Assembly (NCBI RefSeq): GCF_033153115.1
Contig: NW_026889758.1
Span: 30,628,001-30,692,000, forward strand
Length of the DNA: 64,000 bases
Direction: 5' to 3'
Source: Saccostrea echinata
Lineage: Eukaryota
Part shown: piece by piece, positions 1-13,067 of the stretch
Layout: each line of letters starts with the position of its first letter
Position numbering within the stretch: position 1 is the stretch's first letter
Translations under genes and position numbers: made by a program
The notes under the pieces: generated by a model
The model's input: only the letters and a program-made list of their open reading frames with translations
Told to the model about the DNA's origin: nothing
Database searches by the model: none

Positions 1-840
1 AGAGTTCTTACTTACTCCTCTAACAATACACTATATACAAGATGATGTCCGTAAACTATATTTATATTTCACTCGCATAGTAAGTATCGTACAATAAATT
101 AAAAGTCTACTTTTATTTTCTATAAACAGCCATGAAATAGCAAAAACGTGAGTATAGTGGCGTTTCCGGTTGGCGGATCTAGGTTACTGGAAAGTTTTAA
201 TGAAACTGACAACAAGCAATTGTTTATTTATTTCATAAAACGTCAACACTGAATTATTCAATCAAAGCTTGATTTAAATGATATAAAAGAAAAAAGATTG
301 TGATAACCAACTAAAATGGGAAATGTCCAAATTATTTTTGTCATTCACCGATCTTAATATTAAAGGAAGCTTCTAGAACATCATATAGCATCGAGCCCGA
401 TGTTAATAAGAAAAACGAGGCGATTATAGCTGCAAGAACATAAACAAAATTTTTTTGTGTGAATGGTCATTGGAAAAATGGCAAATCATTGATAACACTA
501 TAAGTTGTGAATATCTTTATATATCGAAAAACTAAATAAATACATATATGTAGTAGGCTTTCTAATAAATTTATCGGTAAAATTTGTATATATAATTTAT
601 ATTCCTATATTCCTTACTGAAAGCATCGTGGCAACGAACTCGAAGTACAATTTGTACTTCGTAATAAACTTGCTTACATGAAAAGAGAAAATTCATGAAT
701 AAGGTATTGTTCAAATACAATTAAAACTGTAAAATTTTGTGTTTTAATCAATACATTTCAGTTTTTTTCTGAGTACAGTCTTTGTATCAAATACTCGGCC
801 TATTCATAGGGCGTTATAAGCTAATTTTTACACGGACCCT

Positions 841-974
841 GTACTTGGGTCTTGCGTGGTTTATAAATATGTATGTATACCTTATTGATATGTAAAAAAA
901 AAAAAAGTAAATAAAAGTATATTTTTTACTTATCAATAAGGTACAGACATATTTATGAACCAAGACTCAAGTAC
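841..974. repeat. Inverted repeat / small MITE-like hairpin (~55-bp arms)
   Basis: The left arm GTACTTGGGTCTTG..GTTTATAAATATGTATGTATACCTTATTGATATGTAAAAAA is an imperfect reverse complement of the right arm TTTTTTACTTATCAATAAGGTACAGACATATTTATGAACCAAGACTCAAGTAC. Confidence 0.8.
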
Positions 975-1323
975 CTGTGAATTTTTAACCCCCTCCCCCC
1001 CCCCCCAAAAAAAGACAAAAAATAAATAAATTTATCAGTAAAATGTGTATATTCGCTGATATTATCCTTGACGGAAATGAAATAAGAGCATCTGAAGTAC
1101 AATGCACATGACATAGTATAGCAGGTTTCATAATAAACGTCAATTAATGAAATTGTTATTTTTTAATTTTTTACAAAAATGGGGGTGGGTGGGGGTGGAG
1201 ACGTACATGTACATCTACTTCATGCGGGATTTTGAACAAAGTATTTCTTCCTGCTATAAGCCTGTAGGCTGTCAGTAGAAACTACAACATATTTTCTGTC
1301 GGTAATGGTATATATTCAATTCC

Positions 1324-1350
1324 CCCACGCTTGCGCGGGATTTCATCTAG
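1324..1350 (+). mobile_element. Helitron-type 3' terminus (GC hairpin + CTAG)
   Basis: CCCACGC-TT-GCGCGGG hairpin, then 7 nt, then CTAG followed by T. The 5' end was not identified. Confidence 0.45.
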
Positions 1351-2463
1351 TAATAATAATAATAATAATGAACATGTCATGATTCAAGTCAATTATCTCC
1401 ATCTATGATTCGTTTGATAACCAACAATTTGCATATTTTTTATCAATGCTGAACAGTTTGTTGTTGACAGGACTTGTTGAAATTTTTCTGTAGGCCCTAT
1501 TTGGATTTGTATGTGAGATAATTTGAGGTACAAGTATCTTTTAACCTAGCCTCTTTAATTTCTTTTTATGTACATTCAAAAACAAAATGAAATTCATTAA
1601 TAGGATCACATAAAGTAGTACAAGTCCTTTGTTCTCTTGGTAGACTATCCCATCTTCCAGTTTCAGTAGGGAGTGTGATATTGTTACATACATGTATCCT
1701 TTTATTTGTTTTGGTTATTTTGTTGTTGTTGTCCTTGTGGTTTTTGTTTGTTTGTATTTTGTTAATTTTGGTTTGTTCCGTGTTTATTTGTTTATTTTTG
1801 CATTTTTTCTTTCTTTTTCCTTTTTTTTTGTTTGTTTTTTCTCTCTTTTTTGGGTGGGGGTGGGTGGTTTGGTTGATGTTATATTGTTTTTTTTTTGTTT
1901 ATGAAAGTTTTTGCAGGCATTTTTTGTTCGATAATTAATATCTGGTTGCTCATTCCCCTCTTTGAAGAAGAGAAAAACGATTCTACGTGCCTAAAGGACA
2001 AAGAAATAGATGTCAGACGAGAGTAGGTAACTGGTGTAGTGTTTATTTACAAAACAATGTCATATTATGATATTATACAAATAAGGTGGTAATTTCTTTT
2101 AATTGTAGTCCAGTTGACATGCAACACGAATAATATCTTCTTTCATAATATTTAGATTTATCAATTTTGGGTGACTTACTGGATATTGGATTTTGATATT
2201 TTTAAAACCTGATAAATTATATGTTGACATCTTTTTTTGGATTCTATTATAACATACACTAATAAAAGAATATTAACAGAAATGCAGATAAAACAGAACA
2301 AAAATTCTACACAATATAATCTTTGCTATCCTTCAGGAGTTCTCAAATAGACAAATTCATCATAACAATAACATGTATGTTTTTCATACATTACATGTAA
2401 TTGCATTAAAAATATAACCACCTCTTTTTCCTTGACGTGAGTGGTACTTAGAGATCACATGGT

Positions 2464-2472
2464 TATATAAAA
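2464..2472 (+). promoter_or_regulatory. Putative TATA box of VWA gene A
   Basis: TATATAAAA about 75 nt upstream of the ATG at 2542. Confidence 0.5.
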
Positions 2473-2541
2473 AGATTCATCGATGTTCGTCAATTAAAGA
2501 CTTTTGTTTGCCTTCAGCGATACAAGTGACTTTTTAAGAAC

Positions 2542-5500
2542 ATGGTGCTTTGTAAATTTTTAACAATCTTGCTACTGATCAACGTTGTGGTGAGTTTATT
2601 TCTGGTGATAATCTTTTCGTTATTGATTTGAAAATTATTGATAATTTATGTTTCATTTTATTTTATTTCAGTCCAGCAAGAACATCAGTAATGAAGGTAA
2701 CATTTATCATTCAAATCATTTAGAAAATCTACAAATTCAAGCATTAGCAATATGATCATTTATGATCATTAAGAAAACACAATTACACAGTTATGAAATA
2801 AAACAAATCAAATTCTAAAACATTCAGAAAGTTGCTTGTATGTTGTAATTAACTCTAGAATTCATTTTATAACAGTTTTAGAAAACGGACAGGCCCCTTG
2901 TAAGGGTATTGATCTCGTCTTCCTTCTGGACACGTCTAGAAGTATTTGGGGACCGGACTTCAAAAAGCAAATGGCTTTCGTCGAAAACATTATCGATGAA
3001 TTTAAAATTGGACCGGACATACATGACACAAGAGTTGGTGCAATAACCTTTGCACAGACGTTCTGGCCCCAATTTTATCTGCGATCATATCTTGACAAAC
3101 GAAGGGTGAAAACTGCAATTCGGTACATCAGGCACAAAAATGGCTACCGCACGAATACTGCTGCGGCACTGAAGTTCTTATATGGTTATATGTTTAATGA
3201 AAGATACGGAGGACGACCGCATGCTAATCATGTTGCAATCATCATCACTGACGGAAGATCACAAAATAGAGAATCCACTCTAGAGGCTGCGAAAATTGCC
3301 AGAGAAAAGGGTATTCAAATATTTGCCATAGGTGTTGGGAAATACCTTGATGCTGAGGAGCTAGAAGGTATTGGAAGTCAACCAATTGGACAGCATGTCT
3401 TCACAGTCTCATCCTACTCAGAACTTGGTGGTATTAAAGACAGATTACCATCGAATGCATGCGAAGGTATGCCTCACACTTAGTTTAGATGTTTTAACAT
3501 TTATATGTTTTTTATCAATGTTTTAATTTCTATTAAAATTTAATATTTGTTTTGTATGAAAACATTTTCTTTCTTGTGGTAAATGTGCGTACATTTGTGA
3601 TTCTTAAAATGAGTGGTACATGTCTATATTACAATCAATAATTGTAGTCCCAATGTAAACAAAGGTTGAATTTTGAGAGAAAATAATGTAAGATTAATTA
3701 AGAAACCTCGTTTGTCGTGATATTACGAGGAATGTCGTTGTCATTGAATTCTTAGTATATTCCTGTAAGTTAAATTCTTAAACTAAAGTTATTTTTGAAT
3801 AAAAATAGAAAAGGCCAACAAGATGTCAATGCCAATAATAAATATAGTTTTGTAACTTTATAAATCAGATTATTTCTATTTTCCGTCAAAGTGACCACTA
3901 CGACCACCACAACCACCACCACAACACCTCGACCTTCCACAACTAAAGCATCCTATGACGTGTTGGTACCAGCGGCGTTCTACAAGTCGCACTATTACCA
4001 GTATCACGATCAAGCCAATACCAATAATTACCACAAGTTCTTCAGCGACAAGCCCGCTGACTGTAAGTGGACCACTTTAGCTTAATTATCAATTATGTTT
4101 TCACCACCCACGTGTCTTAAGTCACAGCGTATTCATATCATAATGTCAAGACGTAGAAGAGGCTATTTTATTATGCGTTATCCCTGATGTTTCTAGTCAA
4201 AGAAAAGGAACGTGTATTCTGTGTTTTCTTTTTATACATAAATATTAGGTGACTGATATATCTTATTCCAAAACATTTATCAATGTCTGAGATTATGTTG
4301 AGATTTTCAGAAAAGATGATTTTAACATACCAATCAATTGCTTTTTTCCTAGTAAGAGTTATTTAAAAAAAAAAGAATGTATAAAGATGATAACACAAGG
4401 AAGTTTTAGTTTGCTCACAATTTTAAGTGTTTTGTTTACGGAAGAGAACAAGGGCACCTTAGACTACTTACAGTTAGGATACATGTAGTCAATGTCTTCC
4501 TTGGAGATATACAATGAATAAAGTTATGAAAGTGGATTAACTCAAAATATCAATTGTAAATAGCAGTCAATTAGAGTACTCCGCCTTTTCCCCTTCATAC
4601 ATTTATGAATTTTGTTACATGAAAAAATTATTACTTATTGTAACATTTTTGTGCAAATATTTATAAAACGTTTTACACATTGAAAATAAAAAAAAAATCT
4701 AAATTGTCCTTGGAGATTAAATATTAGTCAAAAATTAGCCAAAAAAGTATTGAGTTTTCAATGTCTTTTTAAATGGTTTTAGTTCACAGTTGAAGATGCT
4801 AGCAAAATTTGAAAACAAAATTTAAACATATCTACCAAATTATGTAAGAAGCACGTTTTTTAACGAGAAATGTTAGCACACAAGGAACAAAACTGATCCA
4901 AAGAAAAAAAACAGGTTAAAATACAACAGCAAAAAGAAAAAAAAATCAACTGAGCAAAATTAACAACACACAAATAACAAAGAAAAAACAACAAAGCAGC
5001 TTTTTCAATGTCGAAGTACACCCAGACGTCTTTAAGATAAACTTTTATCAAGTACAAAAACACGCAAACTTTTAGAAATCATTGTCTGAATATTTACTTG
5101 ACACATGAGTGTGACATTTACTCTTTTTTTAAGCATTGATACAACGATTTTGTAAAATGTACTGATTTCTGTTCGACAGATTGTGGAAAAAAGGAGGCAG
5201 ATATTTATTTTGTACTAGATGCTTCTAGCAGTATTTGGAAAGTGGACTTTGATAAAGAACTTAACTTTGTCAATGAAATGATAGATGATTTAAAGATTGA
5301 CAACGTGCATGGAAGGATCAGAGCTGGAGTGGTAGTGTTTAGCAACAGAACAAGAAATGTTGTTGCTCTGGACTCCAAACGTACACAGGCGGAGCTCAAG
5401 CGACAGATCAGTGGTGTTACATATAGCAGAGGCGTTACCAACACAAATGAAGCCATCAGATTCGTCCGCCAGTACGGCTTCCGAGAAGGAGTCACTCGTC

Positions 5501-6847
5501 CCGGTGCTATCAAAATTGCGATTGTCATGACTGATGGCATTTCAAGGTTACCTCGAAAAACTATGGAGCAATCTGAGCTTGCAAGAAATGAAAACATTAC
5601 TATCTTTGCAATTGGTATTGGAAACAAAGTTGACAAAACAGAGTTGAAGAGAATAGCAAATGACCCTAATAGCAAGCACGTCTTCCACGTCAGTGATTTT
5701 AATGGTCTTCATGCAATTAAAGATTTACTGGTACTCTCTACATGTGCTGTTATACCAGACGTACCTCAAAACCTTCAAAGTAAGTATAAAGGATATAAAC
5801 ACTAACTATTTCATTTTTTGTTCAATATTTGACCTGATTTTATCACTGTGCTTTAATCTTGAAGAAGTCACTTGAAGTTGAGACACATTTCTTTAGAGGA
5901 TAGGTAAATATCATAAGTTTTTCACAAAGATAAATCAAGGTTAAATCATTACAATAGAAAAGGGAGAAAAGCTGGAATTTTCTTTAATTTCTTTTTTCAT
6001 TGTTCTTTAAGCTGATTCATAATATTCCGAAATGTTTGTCTTCAAAAAAAAAGAAAAGAAAAAGAAATAGGACAAAGAAACAAGTGCCTCTTGATGTAAC
6101 GGAAGAACATGAACAATGACATAACATCTACTCGATAAAAAAAAATAATAAGGTCCTTCTAAGTTTCTTCCTTATTTATATAGGTCAGATTTAAATAGCC
6201 AATTAACTTCTTCAAGTAATAAAGGACTATTTAAAATGTATTTTCATTTTCTAAAAAATATAATAAAAATATGAGTCTCCAACCTCTTTTTAGCATGTAG
6301 TGGAGACAAAGAAACAGATGTCCTGTTTGCGTACGACGTTTCGAGTCTTGGATTTAGGAAAAGTGAAGTAATTGGCCGATTTATCCACACACTTGTATCC
6401 AGTCTCGACCTGTCGACCGGTAAAGTGAATGTTGGCCGTATCACTGACAACTGTCCGCGCTACAGCAACGTACCACTTGGACGTGATACTAAACTGTTCA
6501 CAGAGCTCAAATTCCCTGGTATAGGACAGTTACTAAAATCCATGAATAAGAGTTTCCCAGTCAGTTCAAATGTGAAGAGAATTGGTGTGCTAGTTGTGGA
6601 CGAAAGTACGACTGGGGAGAGAGAAGCCGTAGAATTTATAAAGAAAAATAACAACTTTGAGCTGATGGTCATCGCCATTGGGGACCGACAAAACACAGCA
6701 TTTGCAGCAGATCTGGCTTCCGATCCTGACTTTAATTTTCTTGTACGGGTGCCCCAGTACTCTGATCTGAGCACATCGTTCAGTAGAGTTCTTGATAAAC
6801 TTTGCACAGCCATAAAGAGGTCGTTTGTGCTTAGTTTGAATAGCTAA
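2542..6847 (+). CDS. Secreted triple-VWA-domain protein A (matrilin/collagen VI-type VWA), ~662 aa, 6 coding exons
   Basis: Exons 2542-2589, 2672-2696, 2876-3466, 3892-4062, 5180-5779 and 6294-6847. All introns are GT-AG with phases 0,1,1,1,1, total 1989 nt. Signal peptide MVLCKFLTILLLINVVSS. VWA1 has MIDAS DTSRS..T..TDG, followed by a Thr-rich then His/Tyr-rich linker. VWA2 has DASSS..T..TDG. VWA3 is degenerate (DVSSL/VVDE). AATAAA at 7049. Confidence 0.92.
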
Positions 6848-8506
6848 AAAAATTTCTTTATTACATTCTTAGCTTATGGTACAGGAGTACAGACGTGTAA
6901 CAAATTTCGGCAAAATTTTCATACTACCATTGTCGTTTTTATCTGATTTGCTTTTTGATTTGTTAAAGAGTTAATTGTTTTATGTTGACCACTTTTTTTT
7001 TTCTACATATAAGGTTTAAGACAAATTTTACTTGTACGAATATTAAATAATAAAGATATACAGTGTAAAAATGTTTGATATCCAATGGTTTAACGCTCTT
7101 GGCTATGCGATAACAAACATCAAAGGTAAATTTTTCTTACTAGTTTTCTTTAACGAGTCACTAAGTTCCTTTAACAGGGAATCGAATAGATAAACAATTT
7201 AACACAAATCCGAGTCATTCTTTAGCTTAAGGAATTACGAATAAAAGTCGAACATATCGTAGGCCAAAACAAAGCAACAATATTGAAATATAATACAAAA
7301 AAATCTTTATTTTCTATATTATACCAACTTTGGTACATTTTAACAGATTTTCAAACAAAATAAATAGCATATGGAAATGGTTCTCTGTGATTTATGATGA
7401 TCACTTTAAAAAGATCACTCCGTGCAGAGTGAATTTATTCATTTATTATTGTGGGAAAAAATCGGATTTAGAAAATTGAATGACTATGTACCAAGTTTAC
7501 TATCCATTAAGACGACATCTAAATCCTTTTTATTGTACATGAATGTTTTGTTATGCTCTTACATTTAATCATCGCATTTCATAGTTTGTTTAACTAGAGC
7601 ATTGAACTAATGAATTTCTAGAGCAGTTTATGATTCTGTCATAAGTGATATAGACGGACAAAACAATTAGTTTTTATATCCCAAAGTCATTTTCATGCAA
7701 TTGCCACGGGTCTGAAAAGGTTACATGTACAAGATTTCTTTTTTTGTTTTTATATTCTTATATTTACATTTCTAATGTCTTTGTCCGAGATAAAATTACA
7801 ACTTGTAAAAATACTTTATTTCTACATAAATCTACTGGTTCATCGATAGGCGCGGTTAAAAAAAAATCACGTGCGGGGCGGGACAAATAGAGACAGAAGC
7901 GGGACTATTAGCACGGGAATTTGCAGGAGCATGTAAATATAAGGAATAACTGTCAGATTTTTTGGATTCATGACGATGATCAATCGATTGGCTTGCGTGA
8001 TAATTTTATGCATAAACGCCTTCGGCGTTTATGCAAATTATCACGCAAGCCACTCGATTGATCACACCATGAATCCAAAAAATAAGACAGTTATTCCTTA
8101 AGTACATAGTTCCCAATCTTGAAATATATACATGTACATGTATATAAATTATTTTACTTAAATATTTTATACCATAAAATGTGAATAGTTTTGAATCAAT
8201 TATTATAACCATAGTCTCTTTTAATATTTCACAAAATTTTAAAAATAAAAATGAATTTTAGAACTGAAGTCCACTATGTCTCATTCCATTCTCCAAAAAT
8301 GACCCTCAAAAATACACAGACTTTAAAAATTACTTTATTGTCATTCTATTCATTGAAATATAAAACATTATATATGAATGTACTTTTCAGACTAAAATAA
8401 AGTACTGAACAATCTTTTATTTTTTTTTTGTTGTTTGGATTTTTTTCATTTTTAATTTATTGATTTGTTTTTTTTCAATTATTTAGTTCTGTTTATTGTT
8501 TTTTAT

Positions 8507-11500
8507 TCAATTATTATAAGTCATTTGACATATTTCCTCCTGAAGATATCCCGAAAGGCTTTCTATGGCTGTGAAATCGGCCAAGGAAAGAGTTTTCACC
8601 GAAGTTGATGAAATTTTGAGAATTGAATTTTTATTGTGACTGTTGCCCAAGTAGGCAATGTACATTTTATTTATCATGTTTTCTAACTCGAGGATCTCTA
8701 ATTCATCTTCCCTTGTCAAGAGTTTGTCCACAATGAGAACGGCAATGTGGACTGCTTCACTTCTGACACCATTCTCTTCAGTCAACCCATAACTCCTTAC
8801 TCTTTTGATGAGGAAAGACATTTTGTCAAATGATATTGCTAAGTATTTGTTTGGGGACTGTAGTGGAAGGTCACCCCCATAAACACATGATTGAGAAATG
8901 ACGCCTATACGGATGTCTGATTCATTTTGAAATCGTAATTTTTCAAAGTTTTGGATTGTTTTCAAAATACTTCGAGTGCCTTGATATCCAACTGAAGCAG
9001 CATTAAAGGTGAAGAGAATGTCAACAGGTTTGTCCATAATGCAAATTGCTACAAGTGAAATTAATACATTTTTAAATTTCTTTCATTACAATCTCACTAG
9101 TGATTCATATAAGAATATCAAATTTAACATTTCCCAAACATAAATTAAATAAAATACATGCACGTTCCCCCTTAGAATGTTGCATACTTACGGCGGTCTT
9201 CCATATGCAGTCCAGCAATGACACATGTTTTAATGGCAAGTAAATTTTTAATAGAATGTAAAGCATCATACGTTGAAACATTGAATACAAAATTAAGGTC
9301 TTTCTGTGGAGGGCTAGCCATAGCCTTTAGTTCTTTCTTATCTACAAAAGGTCCCACGCCTATCGCAAAAATAAAACCCCCAGTTTTCTTCAGTTTGTTT
9401 GCTTCTAGAAAAGTCTCAAAAGGATCGCGTGATAAACCATCAGTAATAACTATAAGGATGTGGACAACATCTGGACGAGCGAATTTAAAACCATAGTCTA
9501 TTATGTTTTTAAGGGCATTTCCTGTGTCTGTCCCACCTCTGAGATAAGGAACGTTATCGACAGCTTTGAAAATACTCTCCTTGGACGTGAATTCATTGAG
9601 GTGGAAAACGGACTGAAAATCGTCACTGAAAGTGGATACACCCACCGCTGTTTTGTGTGGATTAATGTCAAATGCGCTAACAATCGATTTGATGAAGCTA
9701 CATGTAAGTTGTTTTTTGAAATCATCGCGAGATATACTGCTGGAAGAGTCTAGCAGGAAAAGAACATCAGCTGGTTTTCCACTACAATCTGGAAGTTTCT
9801 GAACTATGAAATCATTTTTTTAAACGTACACTTATACATTACACATTATTCTTTGCTCCCTAAAAATTCTAAATAATATTGATCTCATGATGAAAAATAT
9901 GAATATTTATACTTTCTATGAATTTTACACCAGATTAAAAACCAATCTTGTGGAAGAAGATAATTCTCTAGGGGGGAAAAAGAAGCTTACTTTCAATGTT
10001 TACGGTCTTATTAAGAGGCATGTCTTCTTGCAAAACCTGGGTAGTTGGTTGATGAATTTCTAAAGATGGATGTACAAAAACAGAGAACATTTAATGAATG
10101 GTTTATTTACTAGCATTATGATTATAGGTATATACTAAGTATGAAAAATAAACATCATAAAGGGGTAGTACGATATCAAAGGTCATGAAGACCTATGCAA
10201 GTCCTTTTGATTAAGGTATCTCTGATAGTTTCATAATCTCCATATTTAGACACTTTGTAGACGTTGCTCATTGAAAATCACTTACTATCAATGATCACGG
10301 TCTCATTCGGTAGCATGTCTTCTAAAATCGTGATAGTTGTTGACTGATGAATTTCTAAGGATTTGTATACAAATACATGAACCATTTAATGAAGAGTTTA
10401 GTTATCATGTTTTGCAGAGGTATAAATAAATTAAACATCATAAAGAGGTAGTAAGATATCAAAGGTTATAAGTACCTATGCAAGTCCTTTTGATCAAAGC
10501 ATCCCTTATAAAGTTAGACCCTTGGTAGACGAGCTCGTTAAAAATCACTTACTTTCAATATTCACGGTCTCATTCAGTGGCATGTCTTCTTCTAAACTCG
10601 TGGTAGTTGTTGATTGATGAATTTCTAAAGATGGATGTGCAAAAACATAGAACATTTAACATTTAATGAGAAGTGGATATATAAAATAAACATCATAAAG
10701 GGATACTCTGCTATCAAAAGTCATACAGACCTATGCAAGTCTTATTGATCAAGGCTTCCTTGATACTTTTAAGATCTCCATAGTTAGACACTCGATAGAC
10801 GTGTTCTGTAATTCCAGCAATCAAACTTAACTCTTCAACATTCACATTGGCCCCCACACCGATTGCAAACATACTGATTCCCATATTTCTTGCTTGTAAA
10901 GCCGATTCTTCCGTTTCAGATTTCGAAAAGCTTTCTCCATCAGTAATGACAACAATTATATCTTTTGCTCCCTTTCTAGCACCAGTTGCTGCTTTGAACA
11001 TTTTAACAGCCAGGCGGATGGCAGATGCGGTGTTGGTTCCACCAGACATGTAATTAATTCTTCTGACGGCGGCCAATATGTCTTTTTTCTCGGTGCAATT
11101 ATTTAATGTAAATTCCAATCGCGGTTCGTCGCTGAAAGAGATTACCCCCACCCTGGACTGATTGACAGCTGGACCGACGTCCAGTTCTCCTGTTATGTTT
11201 TCCAAAAATTCCAGCTGACGTATAAATTCGTTCGGGAAAATGCTGGACGAGGAATCGATGACGAAAACTAGATCCACAGGACTGTTTGTGCATTGTAAAC
11301 CTGGTTGAAAATGTATACAATTTTCCGATTTATTATATATTATATCATTTTATATGATGCTTCAGGAAGAAAATCTAATAACTACGCTCTGAATGTTAAT
11401 GCAGTTACTTACTCTCACAGCCCGTTGACATCTGTAGAACAAAAAAAAATAATCAAATAAAAAAATATCAAATTAAATAAATAATAATTAAATTGAACAT

Positions 11501-11639
11501 AATAATTTGAATTACACTAAAGCAATTTCTTATCATATGCGATTAAGACTTACTTTGGTGTTATCATAACAAGAAACTGAAAAATACCAGAATTTTTACT
11601 TGCCAATATCATAGCCGAAAAAACTATCCATCGCAGCAT
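8507..11639 (-). CDS. Secreted triple-VWA-domain protein B (paralogue of A), ~657 aa, up to 8 coding exons
   Basis: Exons (minus strand) 11639-11604 (GC donor), 11431-11413, 11300-10731, 10624-10553, 10354-10286, 10059-9991, 9788 (or 9803)-9192 and 9048-8507. Phases are consistent. Signal peptide MLRWIVFSAMILMSTGCES. VWA1 has DSSSS..GTNT..TDG, VWA2 has DSSSS..GTDT..TDG, and VWA3 is degenerate. TATA-like run at 11690-11700. Confidence 0.9.
9985..10805 (-). repeat. Intragenic tandem triplication (270-295 bp units) inside VWA gene B
   Basis: The unit [VWA1 exon 3' end ..ACTTGCATAG|GT + intron + exon AAATTCATCA..GAAA|GTAAG] is repeated, with exon starts at 10624, 10354 and 10059. Confidence 0.9.
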
Positions 11640-13067
11640 CTTGTGCACAGCAAACAACCACATACACAGTATAAAACAGAAAGTTTTAATTATATATATA
11701 CCGTAACACTTTAAGTAGCTTAGAGGGTCGTTAATCAGACCCGGAAAACGTAAATCCACAATACAGAAAGGACAAGACTTGCCAATCGTATTTTCGGATT
11801 CTGTAGGAAGGCATATATTAAAACAATGCTGGTAACTAAAAAAGACGTCTTTGAATAATGCTGCTAATAAATATTACCTACAAACAACGTAAAACATCTT
11901 TCAGTATGATTTTCAATGATATTCCAATTAAGGATATATCAGCAAGCATTATGATATTATAGCTGGTCTATTCTCACTTACCAGTTTAGTTCAGATATGC
12001 TTTGTGATTCAATGCATTATGCATAAAATATATGAGAAATTTTAACTTTTCTAAGTGGTACTGGACGAACTTGCCCTGGTCATTGAGGGAATAGCTGTTG
12101 TCAAAAATGATGAATCTATTTCTGCTTCTTTGGTTATAACACATCGTTAGAAAGGGTCTCCTTCGGTTATAATCTTTCTGCAAAAACTGTTGACGTCACC
12201 CTTTCATATTGTGTAACATAACTATAGGTAACCTTAAATATTTAACGTTTAAAATGAAATAGATGGAGTGATTTTTTTTACACCACAGTTGTCGAAATGT
12301 GTCAAGCTAGACAAGAGTTACTCATCATTATTCATGCACTACAAATCAAATTTCTACGACCATTAAGAGTTAAAATATCAGCATATGATGAAACCAAAAA
12401 CTAGTGTTATTTTGTAAATCAAACATTATTTCTCTTAATCATGCCTTCTATAACAAAATTGTATACAACCTACGATTATACGAATGACCATTAATTAAAG
12501 GGGGAAACACCCACACTTCTAACATTGATAACCACTCCTTATATTCTTTAAAATGTACTGCTTGACAGCAAGTTGTAAAGGATACGAAATTGCAAGCTTA
12601 ACCTTTCATTTTAGAAAAATTTAAACCTCCATAGATTACCTTCCTTTGTTAGATTTAAAAATTTTTTAAAAAGTAATCATTTGAACAAAGCAAAATACAT
12701 GTATGAACGATGGCAATTTTGAGGTCTGCATAAAATTACTAACTGCAATTTCTTTTCAAGATAAGAAAAATATCTTTAAATGTCTATACATCTTTCCTGT
12801 CATTATTTTATTCCGATGTATGTATTTTAAACTAATACCTTTGCAAGAAAAGAGGATGCTTTAGCCGGGGGGAGGGGGGGGGGGTCAAAGGCCATTAAAA
12901 CACGAACACTATGGAACATGTCTTTTCTACAATAATATTAATGACTAATTTTCTTCCAATGATCAAACTCAAAACTATATATACAATTCTAGAAGAACAA
13001 ACACAAGTTAAAATGAAAATGGTTAAATAAACATTGCATATATTTAATTTAATTGAAATGTACAAAT

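Noticed and set aside
1675-1938. Hydrophobic Phe/Leu/Val-rich ORFs
   Set aside because: They are translations of a T/G-rich low-complexity tract with no gene context. The same applies to 4860-5063, 42169-42396 and 56001-56192.
5205-11053. Antisense ORFs (5205-5675, 6460-6813, 9218-9496, 9460-9753, 10847-11053)
   Set aside because: They are shadows of the VWA exons on the opposite strand.
11548-11553. Canonical GTAAGT donor as the end of gene B exon 1
   Set aside because: It gives phase 2 and puts VWA1 out of frame. The GC donor at 11603 is preferred.
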